DNA of 37,978 bases from a virus (lineage: Duplodnaviria > Caudoviricetes), in the IMG/VR virus record IMGVR_UViG_3300032225_000493, positions 1-37,978 of that record; one strand, written 5' to 3'. The notes under the pieces were generated by a model. The model made no database searches. It was not told where the DNA came from and saw nothing but the letters and a program-made list of their open reading frames with translations. How positions within the stretch are numbered: position 1 is the first letter of the stretch; each line of letters starts with the position of its first letter. Shown here one piece after another: positions 15,553-22,796 of this stretch. Position numbers and translations under genes: made by a program.

Positions 15553-17025
15553 ATGCTTACATTAAGACCGCATCAAGCGGAAGTCGTGGAGAAGCTTGCC
15601 CAAGGCTTTAAGGATGGCCACAGAAGCCAGCTACTTTACGCACCCACAGGGTTTGGCAAGACCGAGGTGGCAATGGCTGTCATGCTCGAGGAGGCCAAGC
15701 AGTACAAGAATGTTGCCATGGTGTTAGACAGGATCGTGTTGGTCAACCAGACGAGTACGCGCCTTGGCAACTACAACATCAACCATGGCGTCATGCAAGC
15801 TGACCATTGGCGTTATCGGCCTTATGAAAAGATTCAGGTCTGCAGCGCACAGACTTTAGAGAGTCGGGATAACTTTCCCGAAGTCTCTATGCTGATCATT
15901 GACGAGTGCCATGTTCAACGTAAACAGGTCATTCAGTTCATTAAAGATCGCCCAGAGATGAAAGTGATTGGCCTCACGGCTACTCCTTTCACCAATGGGT
16001 TGGGTGATACCTACACTAACGTTGTTGGAGCCAGACCTACTGGTGAGTTGATTGAGAACAAGTGGCTGACCCCTTTAAAGATCTACATCGCTAAAGAGAT
16101 TGACATGAGTGGTGCCAAGAAGGTGGCTGGTGAGTGGTCGCAGGATGAGACTACCAAGCGCGGTATGCAGATCACTGGCGATATTGTCCAAGAGTGGATC
16201 ACCAAGACCATGCAAGTGTTTGGTAAGCCGAGGAAGACAGTCGTGTTTTGCTCGGGAGTTGAGCATGGCAGGGACTTAGTTAGGCAGTTCAACGAGGCAG
16301 GCTATAACTTTGTTTCTATCAGTTATTTGGAGGATGACGAGTACAAAGCGGCAATGATTGAGGATTTTGCGCGCCCAGATACGCTAATCAATGGTCTGGT
16401 GGCCACAGACATACTGACTAGAGGATTTGACGTCCCTGATGTGATGATTGGAGTCAGCGCAAGGCCGTTTTCCAAGTCGTTTAGCAGTCACGTACAACAG
16501 ATGGGGCGGATCATGCGTCCCTACGATGGTAAGGATTATGGCCTTTGGCTTGACCATTCAGGTAACTACCTGCGATTCCGCAAGGAGTGGGATACGCTTT
16601 TTGAGGAGGGTGTAACAGAGTTATACAACGGGACTGAGACTACCAAGAAAGAGCCTGAAGAGGTGGAGAAGAAGGAGTCCAAGTGTCCTGCTTGCGGTGC
16701 TTTGTGGATCTGGGCTGATCGTGAGTGTGGTGAGTGCGGGTATGAAAAGCCAGTCAAACAGATCATAAATGTTCCGGGCGAGTTAACAGAGTTAGAGACA
16801 ACCAAGCGGGAAGTTCTGTCTGAAAATCAGAAGTTTTACTCTGAGCTGATTTACTTTGCCCGCCTGCGTGGATACAAAGAAGGTTGGGCGGCACATAAGT
16901 ACAAAGAGAAGTATGGCGCTTTCCCCCGAGGGCTACACACAAATTCAGAGCCAACATCTACAAAAACCAGTGGCTGGATAAAATCCAAGAACATTGCGTG
17001 GGCTAAATCAAGGGCAAACAAATGA
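15553..17025 (+). CDS. SF2 DExH helicase (RadD/YejH-like) with C-terminal Zn finger
   Basis: APTGFGKT, DECH, TATP, RGFDVP, QQMGRIMR, CPAC..CGEC. Confidence 0.9.
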   Translation: MLTLRPHQAEVVEKLAQGFKDGHRSQLLYAPTGFGKTEVAMAVMLEEAKQYKNVAMVLDRIVLVNQTSTRLGNYNINHGVMQADHWRYRPYEKIQVCSAQTLESRDNFPEVSMLIIDECHVQRKQVIQFIKDRPEMKVIGLTATPFTNGLGDTYTNVVGARPTGELIENKWLTPLKIYIAKEIDMSGAKKVAGEWSQDETTKRGMQITGDIVQEWITKTMQVFGKPRKTVVFCSGVEHGRDLVRQFNEAGYNFVSISYLEDDEYKAAMIEDFARPDTLINGLVATDILTRGFDVPDVMIGVSARPFSKSFSSHVQQMGRIMRPYDGKDYGLWLDHSGNYLRFRKEWDTLFEEGVTELYNGTETTKKEPEEVEKKESKCPACGALWIWADRECGECGYEKPVKQIINVPGELTELETTKREVLSENQKFYSELIYFARLRGYKEGWAAHKYKEKYGAFPRGLHTNSEPTSTKTSGWIKSKNIAWAKSRANK

Positions 17026-17807
17026 GGTTCGAGGAGTTTGCAAGAGATCATGGCCTTCTGATCAAAGAATTAGTCTTGGACAGGTGGGTCAGAGTCGGCA
17101 CTGAAGACCATCCGAGGAAGCAGAACGGCGCGTACATCTTTGATGGTCGTGAAGGTGCGGTGATTAACTTTGCCGTACATGATCGGCATATACGCTACAA
17201 GTCGGAAGAGCCGTTCATCCCAGACCCAAACGCCCATGCAAAGAGGTTGGCTGCAGAGCAAGAGCGCGAGCTACGCCAGAAGAAAGCGGCTGGCAAAGCT
17301 ACGTTTATTCTCAATAACTCTGTTAAAGAACAACATCCTTACTTGATTCGCAAGGGGTTCGTGGACAAGGGATTGGTGTGGAATGGCCTTCTGATCTTGC
17401 CAATGAGGGTCGGGAATCATCTTGTCGGATGTCAAATGATCCAAGAAGACGGCACAAAACGCTTCCTGTCAGGGCAACTAACCAAGGGCGCAAGCCTCGT
17501 GATTGATGCCAAAGGTCGCAATATTTTGTGTGAAGGGTTCGCAACTGGTATGTCAGTTCGCAGAGCAATGAAGCATTTAAGGGAGAGATACACAATCCAT
17601 GTGTGCTTTTCTGCGGGGAACATGCTTGAGATTGCAAAGGTTGTGCGTGACCCACTGGTGGTTGCCGACAACGATGCTATGGGCGTGGCAACTGCCAAAA
17701 AAATAGCCTCACGCTACTGGGTAGGAGAGGCTAACGAAGACTTCAACGACACTGAGCAGAGACTCGGAACGGCTGGCGTAGCCGAATCCCTGCGTGGTTT
17801 TGTTTAG
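17022..17807 (+). CDS. Toprim-domain DNA primase
   Basis: HPYLIRKG, CEGFATG, VADND Toprim motifs. Confidence 0.85.
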   Translation: MRFEEFARDHGLLIKELVLDRWVRVGTEDHPRKQNGAYIFDGREGAVINFAVHDRHIRYKSEEPFIPDPNAHAKRLAAEQERELRQKKAAGKATFILNNSVKEQHPYLIRKGFVDKGLVWNGLLILPMRVGNHLVGCQMIQEDGTKRFLSGQLTKGASLVIDAKGRNILCEGFATGMSVRRAMKHLRERYTIHVCFSAGNMLEIAKVVRDPLVVADNDAMGVATAKKIASRYWVGEANEDFNDTEQRLGTAGVAESLRGFV

Positions 17808-18019
17808 TCGCGTCTAGTGATTTCAGCGAAGTTAGGGATCATTTGTTCAAATTGCTCGAGGACTTTGGCGCGTGTACCTGTCAGGCCGAAGTCTCTCTTG
17901 ATAATCGAGTAGCAACTGCGTCCCGAATGTCGCATCCCTTTGATTTCAAGTTGTAAACCTTTGCGTAAAGTGAGCATCCGTGCTACTGCAATTTGGTCGG
18001 GTGTATCTAAAACAATCAT
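17804..18019 (-). CDS. Hypothetical protein
   Basis: MIVLDTPDQI..LEIKGMRHSGRSCYSIIK; start re-assigned to ATG 18019. Confidence 0.7.
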   Translation of the reverse strand: MIVLDTPDQIAVARMLTLRKGLQLEIKGMRHSGRSCYSIIKRDFGLTGTRAKVLEQFEQMIPNFAEITRRD

Positions 18020-18020
18020 C

Positions 18021-18191
18021 TCATTCCTCGTTAATGGGTTCGTCAATATCAGCTTGGGTGTAGTGGCCTAGCACCACTGGGTTGTACTTGGAAAGTACGT
18101 GTTCAACGCATTTGTAGCAGACTCGGGCAAGTGGAATGCCCTGTCCATCGTATTCCCACCAAGAATCTTCGCGTGTGTGTTGGCAATTCAT
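18021..18191 (-). CDS. Small Cys/His protein (not in ORF track)
   Basis: MNCQHTREDSWWEYDGQGIPLARVCYKC..DIDEPINEE; fills the gap with an ATGA overlap. Confidence 0.7.
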   Translation of the reverse strand: MNCQHTREDSWWEYDGQGIPLARVCYKCVEHVLSKYNPVVLGHYTQADIDEPINEE

Positions 18192-18589
18192 TCTGATTTC
18201 TCCTCTGTGTAAAATTTTTTAGTTAGTTCCTTGGCAAAGAATCGTTTGGCGTCATACCAAACGCCTCGGGCATCAGCCAGTCCTGTGTAGTATTCATCGC
18301 CATGCTCTTCGCAGAATGTGTCGTGATCTTTGGCTAACAAAAACTTCTTGACAGTATCGCGGTCAGCACTTGCCACATTGGACAAGTAAGCTTCCGTGAA
18401 TGCGAGTTGTTCTGCGGTGAAGTTGGCATCAGACAAAGTTATGTCTTTGATCTTGATGTCTTCAGTTCCAGTCGTTTTGAAGTTGTCAAAGTCAATCAGA
18501 CTGGCAAGCCTGTAGGCTTCATCGTAGTTGTCTGCCTCGATCTCTGCGGTCAAGTGGGTGATGAATGCTGATTTAACTGTGTATTTCAT
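18188..18589 (-). CDS. Hypothetical protein
   Basis: 133 aa; N-terminal EIEADNYDEAYRLA motif. Confidence 0.75.
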   Translation of the reverse strand: MKYTVKSAFITHLTAEIEADNYDEAYRLASLIDFDNFKTTGTEDIKIKDITLSDANFTAEQLAFTEAYLSNVASADRDTVKKFLLAKDHDTFCEEHGDEYYTGLADARGVWYDAKRFFAKELTKKFYTEEKSE

Positions 18590-18590
18590 T

Positions 18591-18794
18591 TTATTCCTCC
18601 ATTAAAAAAATGCCCTTGTCTACACAAACTGTAAACAAGCTATCGTCAGGGTAGTTCTTGTATCCACGAATGCCGTGCATCATGATGTGACGGAACACTT
18701 CCCTTTGTTCTGTGGGTTCTCTGTCAAAAAAAAACCAATCTACCTCGTAGTCAACACAGGCGTTCACCATCTGTGTTTTAGTCATTGCAGTCAT
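18591..18794 (-). CDS. Hypothetical protein
   Basis: 67 aa, coupled to neighbours. Confidence 0.65.
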   Translation of the reverse strand: MTAMTKTQMVNACVDYEVDWFFFDREPTEQREVFRHIMMHGIRGYKNYPDDSLFTVCVDKGIFLMEE

Positions 18795-18982
18795 TTTGTG
18801 ATCTCCTGAAAGCTTGGGGGTTTAAGGTCTTTATCAACAAAAGCAGGGTTTCCTGTTTGTTGTTTGTAAAACTTGGCTTCAGCGTTGGCTTCTTCAAGTG
18901 TGTCGAATGTGCCGAGTTCTGTGCCGTTGTGATTGGTCACGATATAGATTGAAGGCCATGAGAGGCCAATTAAATGCTTCAT
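18791..18982 (-). CDS. Hypothetical protein
   Basis: LGTFDTLEEA motif common in small phage proteins. Confidence 0.65.
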   Translation of the reverse strand: MKHLIGLSWPSIYIVTNHNGTELGTFDTLEEANAEAKFYKQQTGNPAFVDKDLKPPSFQEITK

Positions 18983-18984
18983 GA

Positions 18985-19149
18985 TTAGTCGTCCGTGTCT
19001 GTGTTGAGTTCTACAAAAGGGTACTGCTCGTCATGGATGAATGCGTCATCTACCATTGCAATGTTCATGCGGTTGCCCGCGTCCCAAATCAAAACATCTA
19101 GGTCTTGTGGCAACTGGCTGAGTTGTTGGATTAGTTCAAATACTTTCAT
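18985..19149 (-). CDS. Small protein (MKVxELIxxL family)
   Basis: MKVFELIQQLSQLPQDLDV; AAGGAG RBS. Confidence 0.7.
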   Translation of the reverse strand: MKVFELIQQLSQLPQDLDVLIWDAGNRMNIAMVDDAFIHDEQYPFVELNTDTDD

Positions 19150-19162
19150 ATGCAGCTCTCCT

Positions 19163-19411
19163 TTATTCAATGATTACAACTTTACGTACAGGGAATTCTT
19201 CTTCTTCGCCATCTTCCGATTCTTCTATGTCGTCTGAATCAACAAGCTTGTCGGATTGGTGGTAGGTCGCATACTGGACTGTTCCGTTGAACACTGTCCT
19301 GACCTTTGGCGCGAGCGTTGACTTCCAATAGTCTCCTGCTCCATAGGCCATATGGACTTCTGCGTCCTCGTCATAGCACTGCAGTTCTGTGATTAGTTCT
19401 GATACTTTCAT
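19163..19411 (-). CDS. Small protein (MKVxELIxxL family)
   Basis: MKVSELITELQCYDEDAEV; N-terminus similar to the neighbouring gene. Confidence 0.7.
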   Translation of the reverse strand: MKVSELITELQCYDEDAEVHMAYGAGDYWKSTLAPKVRTVFNGTVQYATYHQSDKLVDSDDIEESEDGEEEEFPVRKVVIIE

Positions 19412-19587
19412 TGCGTGGTTTCCTTCTTGGGTTTGGTGGCTTTAAGAATGCCTTTTGCGAATTCAATGTCCAGTGATAAATGCTCAATCCATGATCCGTC
19501 TTCGATGTAGCGGTCAGCAGATTGGGCGAGGTTCTGTAGTGCCGTCCTGAGATAGACGATTTGTTCGCGCGTGGTCTGGTCGCTCAT
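19408..19587 (-). CDS. Hypothetical protein
   Basis: Start MSDQTTREQ with an ATGA overlap. Confidence 0.65.
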   Translation of the reverse strand: MSDQTTREQIVYLRTALQNLAQSADRYIEDGSWIEHLSLDIEFAKGILKATKPKKETTQ

Positions 19588-19736
19588 TTGGTATCCCTCA
19601 ATGCTTGCAAATAGCCTTCGATCCAAATCATGCGGTCGTCATCTGATAGGTCGGACTCGTCTCCAAAATCGCGCTCCCACAAATAGAATGCTTCGTTGGC
19701 TTGCGCCCAATTGGTTTTAATGTCTTCGTTGTTCAT
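19584..19736 (-). CDS. Small acidic protein (not in ORF track)
   Basis: MNNEDIKTNWAQANEAFYLWERDFGDESDLSDDDRMIWIEGYLQALRDTK; ATGA overlaps. Confidence 0.65.
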   Translation of the reverse strand: MNNEDIKTNWAQANEAFYLWERDFGDESDLSDDDRMIWIEGYLQALRDTK

Positions 19737-19948
19737 ATCTGTGGATCTCCGTAAGGGTGGTAATCTCCGTAATCGTGGTCATCGTCCTCGGGCTCTTCGC
19801 TTTCTGTGGCGGTGTGTTTGAGGTCGTGCTCGCGCATGGCTTTTGTGCGCCTGTCAATCTCGGCTTGCTCTGCCTCTGTGCGTGTTGGGTTGCGAAACCC
19901 ATCAGCATTTTCGGCTTCGAGTTGTCCCATTGTTTTAGGCGTAATCAT
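19733..19948 (-). CDS. Small acidic protein
   Basis: 71 aa with an acidic C-terminus; GGAG RBS. Confidence 0.65.
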   Translation of the reverse strand: MITPKTMGQLEAENADGFRNPTRTEAEQAEIDRRTKAMREHDLKHTATESEEPEDDDHDYGDYHPYGDPQI

Positions 19949-20141
19949 TTTGCTTTGCTCCTAAGTTGATAAGGTGTTTTGTGGGGGTAGCGACTCCTCG
20001 GTCGTAAACCATCATGCGCGCGCGTTCTTTCCATACTGGCGCAAGCTTTTGAATGGCCTGTGAAAGTGTTTGGGCGGTACTGGCACAATGCCAGTGGTCG
20101 CCCTCCATCGGTGTGTTGCAGTGAACCCATAGACGAATCAT
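19935..20141 (-). CDS. Hypothetical protein
   Basis: 68 aa; ATGA overlap, GGAG RBS. Confidence 0.6.
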   Translation of the reverse strand: MIRLWVHCNTPMEGDHWHCASTAQTLSQAIQKLAPVWKERARMMVYDRGVATPTKHLINLGAKQNDYA

Positions 20142-20341
20142 CGTGCTCCCCTTATCTCTTGGCGTCCAACTTGCATGCGCGCCTCTTCTATGCCTTTGTT
20201 AAAGAGGTAAATGTGTTGTTCACGGGTTTCGGGGTGTAATTCGCTCAGAATTAAACTAAACGAATGGCGCAGGGCTTGCGCCCTAGCACCATTGGCGCGC
20301 TCGTATCTGTATCCCAGTGTGATAAGTTGTGATTCGGTCAT
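20138..20341 (-). CDS. Hypothetical protein
   Basis: 67 aa, coupled. Confidence 0.65.
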   Translation of the reverse strand: MTESQLITLGYRYERANGARAQALRHSFSLILSELHPETREQHIYLFNKGIEEARMQVGRQEIRGAR

Positions 20342-20484
20342 TGGAATGCAATCACAGTGATGATGAAGATAGCGACAGGCACAAGCACGATTACGACAAG
20401 GTCATAGCCTGCTTGGATGCGGTCGCGCCTGCGTTGCGCTAAGAATTCTTCGCGCATGGTGGTCATGTGGCGGTAGTGTTTCAT
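20338..20484 (-). CDS. Small membrane protein (not in ORF track)
   Basis: MKHYRHMTTMREEFLAQRRRDRIQAGYDLVVIVLVPVAIFIITVIAFQ; AGGAG RBS. Confidence 0.65.
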   Translation of the reverse strand: MKHYRHMTTMREEFLAQRRRDRIQAGYDLVVIVLVPVAIFIITVIAFQ

Positions 20485-20488
20485 GGGT

Positions 20489-20656
20489 TCACTCCTGAGT
20501 AATGTGGCAAACAGTGTTGCCGTTGGAATCGCGGGCAGAATCAGGTAGGACTTCGCAGTCTCTGTAGTAGTTCGCGAGGCGTTCCAACAGTTCAGCCATT
20601 TCGCGCGGGTTCTCTTCGAATGCAGAGTTATCAGTGTTAATGGTTATGGTTATCAC
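20489..20656 (-). CDS. Small protein (not in ORF track)
   Basis: GTG start, MITITINTDNSAFEENP..RDSNGNTVCHI; AAGGAG RBS. Confidence 0.7.
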   Translation of the reverse strand: MITITINTDNSAFEENPREMAELLERLANYYRDCEVLPDSARDSNGNTVCHITQE

Positions 20657-20832
20657 AGTGCTATCTCCTTTGTGGTTTGGTTAATCGTGTAGCCCATAGA
20701 CTTGATGATGCGGAGGGCGTCTTGGGTCAGGGTCTTTGTGCCTGCAATTTGCGCGAATCTCTTACTGGTTTCGCACAAAGGGTAGAAGGCGCAATTGCCA
20801 TACTGCCATTTGAGTTCAATCGTGATTTGCAT
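20653..20832 (-). CDS. Hypothetical protein
   Basis: MQITIELKWQYGNCAFYPLCETSKRFAQIAGTKTLT; AAGGAG RBS. Confidence 0.75.
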   Translation of the reverse strand: MQITIELKWQYGNCAFYPLCETSKRFAQIAGTKTLTQDALRIIKSMGYTINQTTKEIAL

Positions 20833-20854
20833 AGTTCTCCTTTGGGTTGGTGGG

Positions 20855-20892
20855 TAATCCTCAAAACCCTGCGCGCAGGGCTTCAAGCATTA
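20855..20892 (-). promoter_or_regulatory. Long intergenic hairpin, possible RNase III processing site
   Basis: TAATGCTTGAAGCCCTG-CGCG-CAGGGTTTTGAGGATTA on the coding strand, with G-U pairs and no U-tail. Confidence 0.45.
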
Positions 20893-21258
20893 AGCATCGT
20901 CCAAGAGGTACTGTTGGCGTTGATCCCATGCACAGGCTTCAGCGCGTTCTTCTTCTTCGCGTTCAGCAACTGGATCAATAGCGCGCGCGATTAAAGCGGA
21001 AGGGTTGTCACGTATATCAGCCACTTGAGCGCGGTAGTCGTCACCCTCACTGGTAAAGACATCTTCGAATGTCCAATCATCAGCAAGGCGGTGGAACACA
21101 GTGGATTGACCCTCTACCATAGTAGGCCAAGCTTTCATCATTACTGCAAAACCATCTTTAACAAAGAGGATGTCACCATCTTCAATGTGGCGGTTAATTT
21201 GTGTCTCGTCATAGGCGTCACCCATAGACATAGAGGTAAGGTCATGGACTGCATACAT
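20890..21258 (-). CDS. Hypothetical acidic protein
   Basis: 122 aa; AAGGAG RBS. Confidence 0.75.
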   Translation of the reverse strand: MYAVHDLTSMSMGDAYDETQINRHIEDGDILFVKDGFAVMMKAWPTMVEGQSTVFHRLADDWTFEDVFTSEGDDYRAQVADIRDNPSALIARAIDPVAEREEEERAEACAWDQRQQYLLDDA

Positions 21259-21269
21259 AGAAGTTCTCC

Positions 21270-21395
21270 TTATTTATTGCGGTTAAGGTGTTCCAAGGCT
21301 AGTGCCTTGGTTTTAAACAGGCCACTGATGGGCGTGTCGTGCGCGCCACGGACGATTAACCATCCGCGTAGCAACTTGTTATAGACAATTTTCAT
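21270..21395 (-). CDS. Small protein, first of the leftward cluster (not in ORF track)
   Basis: MKIVYNKLLRGWLIVRGAHDTPISGLFKTKALALEHLNRNK; AAGGAG RBS. Confidence 0.65.
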   Translation of the reverse strand: MKIVYNKLLRGWLIVRGAHDTPISGLFKTKALALEHLNRNK

Positions 21396-21648
21396 AGGGA
21401 CTCTCCTTAGTGGGTTACAGGGACTAACACATGAATAACGCCTTAACTATATCATGTGTTGACTCCATTGCAATACTTTTTATGTTTTTTTTACATTAAC
21501 AATGTTGGTGTTGTAATTACAATACAAGCAGCGTATTGGCATAAAAACAGGCAGCACTCGACTCCAGGATTTTGGGAGGCCATTTGCACTGGGGTTAAAG
21601 GTCTGGTATCTTCGGGCTTATTCACATTTCGTACCCACGGAAACACAC

Positions 21649-22377
21649 ATGCCACAGAAACTTACACGCGCGCAGATCAGAGAAGGTCTTGATACGATCC
21701 CAGTAGAGACTCTATTAAGTAGTGGACAAGGCAAACAACCTAAGATCACAGGGAAGATGAAAGCTTTTGCCCATGCGGTCGCACTGGGAGAGACAAAGGC
21801 ACAGGCATACAGAAAGGCGTATAAGCCTAACGCCACCAAGAGAACAATGGCTTGTAAACCATATGAGCTGATGCGTGATGAGAGAGTAAAGAGGGAGGTC
21901 GAGGCTTACAGGCTTGCGTTGGACACGGAGAAACACAGAAACCCAATCCAATTGAAGGCACTGCTTGTCCAGCAACTGGTTCAGCACTCACTCGATGAGG
22001 ACTTTCCACCTGCACAGAGGATGAAGGCACTACAACTGATAGGTAACTTGTTCGAGGTTGGCGCGTTCCTAGAACGCAAAGAGGTCACGACTGTACGTAC
22101 AAGCATAGACATACGCACAAGACTGTTAGAGAGACTCGGCACTATAACAACTGTTAGTGTGAAGGATGACGGGCTTACATTGATGGAGGAAATCAGGGGT
22201 GATGGGCTTGTGGATACGCCTGCACGCGCACCCACGGAGGGGGCGGTCGCCCTAGAGGCCGTGCCTGCCGTGCCATGCACCCCACATACTATTCCTGACA
22301 CTCAAACATCAAATAAAAACGAGGGGGTGGGGGTATCAAAAAATCCTGACACCGTTTTGGACTTTGATAAAGAATGA
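21649..22377 (+). CDS. terS: Terminase small subunit
   Basis: FAHAVALGETKAQAYRKAY HTH and RMKALQLIG; lies upstream of TerL. Confidence 0.7.
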   Translation: MPQKLTRAQIREGLDTIPVETLLSSGQGKQPKITGKMKAFAHAVALGETKAQAYRKAYKPNATKRTMACKPYELMRDERVKREVEAYRLALDTEKHRNPIQLKALLVQQLVQHSLDEDFPPAQRMKALQLIGNLFEVGAFLERKEVTTVRTSIDIRTRLLERLGTITTVSVKDDGLTLMEEIRGDGLVDTPARAPTEGAVALEAVPAVPCTPHTIPDTQTSNKNEGVGVSKNPDTVLDFDKE

Positions 22378-22421
22378 CCCCCCCTATGTTAATGTGTACA
22401 AAAAAGGGCGGGGGGGTACAT

Positions 22422-22438
22422 TAACAGCTGTTAGTGTG
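22422..22438. promoter_or_regulatory. Palindromic operator-like site TAACAGCTGTTA-GTGTG
   Basis: Perfect 12-bp palindrome; related copies at 22145, 21497 and 12615. Confidence 0.5.
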
Positions 22439-22476
22439 GGACTATGAGAACTTTAGAAGCTTGTATAGGAGGGTGT

Positions 22477-22701
22477 ATGACTGAGAAGCAAAGGACTGTG
22501 TTCCTTGTGATAGATGAGTATTGGAGGAACTTTGGTTATGGGCCTTCTATAGATGACATTATGTTCCATACAGGAGATAGAGGGCGGGGGAATGTACACC
22601 GTGTGGTGAAGAAGTTGTGTGACCTGAAGATTTGTAAGCGGGCGAAGAACTCGGCTCGCAGTGTTAGACCTTCGTATATTAGTTTAAGGAATCTGCCATG
22701 A
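22477..22701 (+). CDS. LexA-type DNA-binding domain-only protein
   Basis: MTEKQRTVFLVIDEYWRNFGYGPSIDDI..VHRVVKKL..ARSVR parallels the LexA N-terminal wHTH; AGGAGG RBS; no peptidase domain. Confidence 0.75.
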   Translation: MTEKQRTVFLVIDEYWRNFGYGPSIDDIMFHTGDRGRGNVHRVVKKLCDLKICKRAKNSARSVRPSYISLRNLP

Positions 22702-22796
22702 AGCCAGAACAAAAGAAGCCAGAACCAAAACCTAAGAAGCATAAGATGCCCAGTGATAAAGACTACTTAGCTGCGTTGGGTCCTTGTGGTAAATAA
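22698..22796 (+). CDS. Tiny basic peptide (not in ORF track)
   Basis: MKPEQKKPEPKPKKHKMPSDKDYLAALGPCGK; AAGGA RBS, ATGA overlap. Confidence 0.45.
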   Translation: MKPEQKKPEPKPKKHKMPSDKDYLAALGPCGK

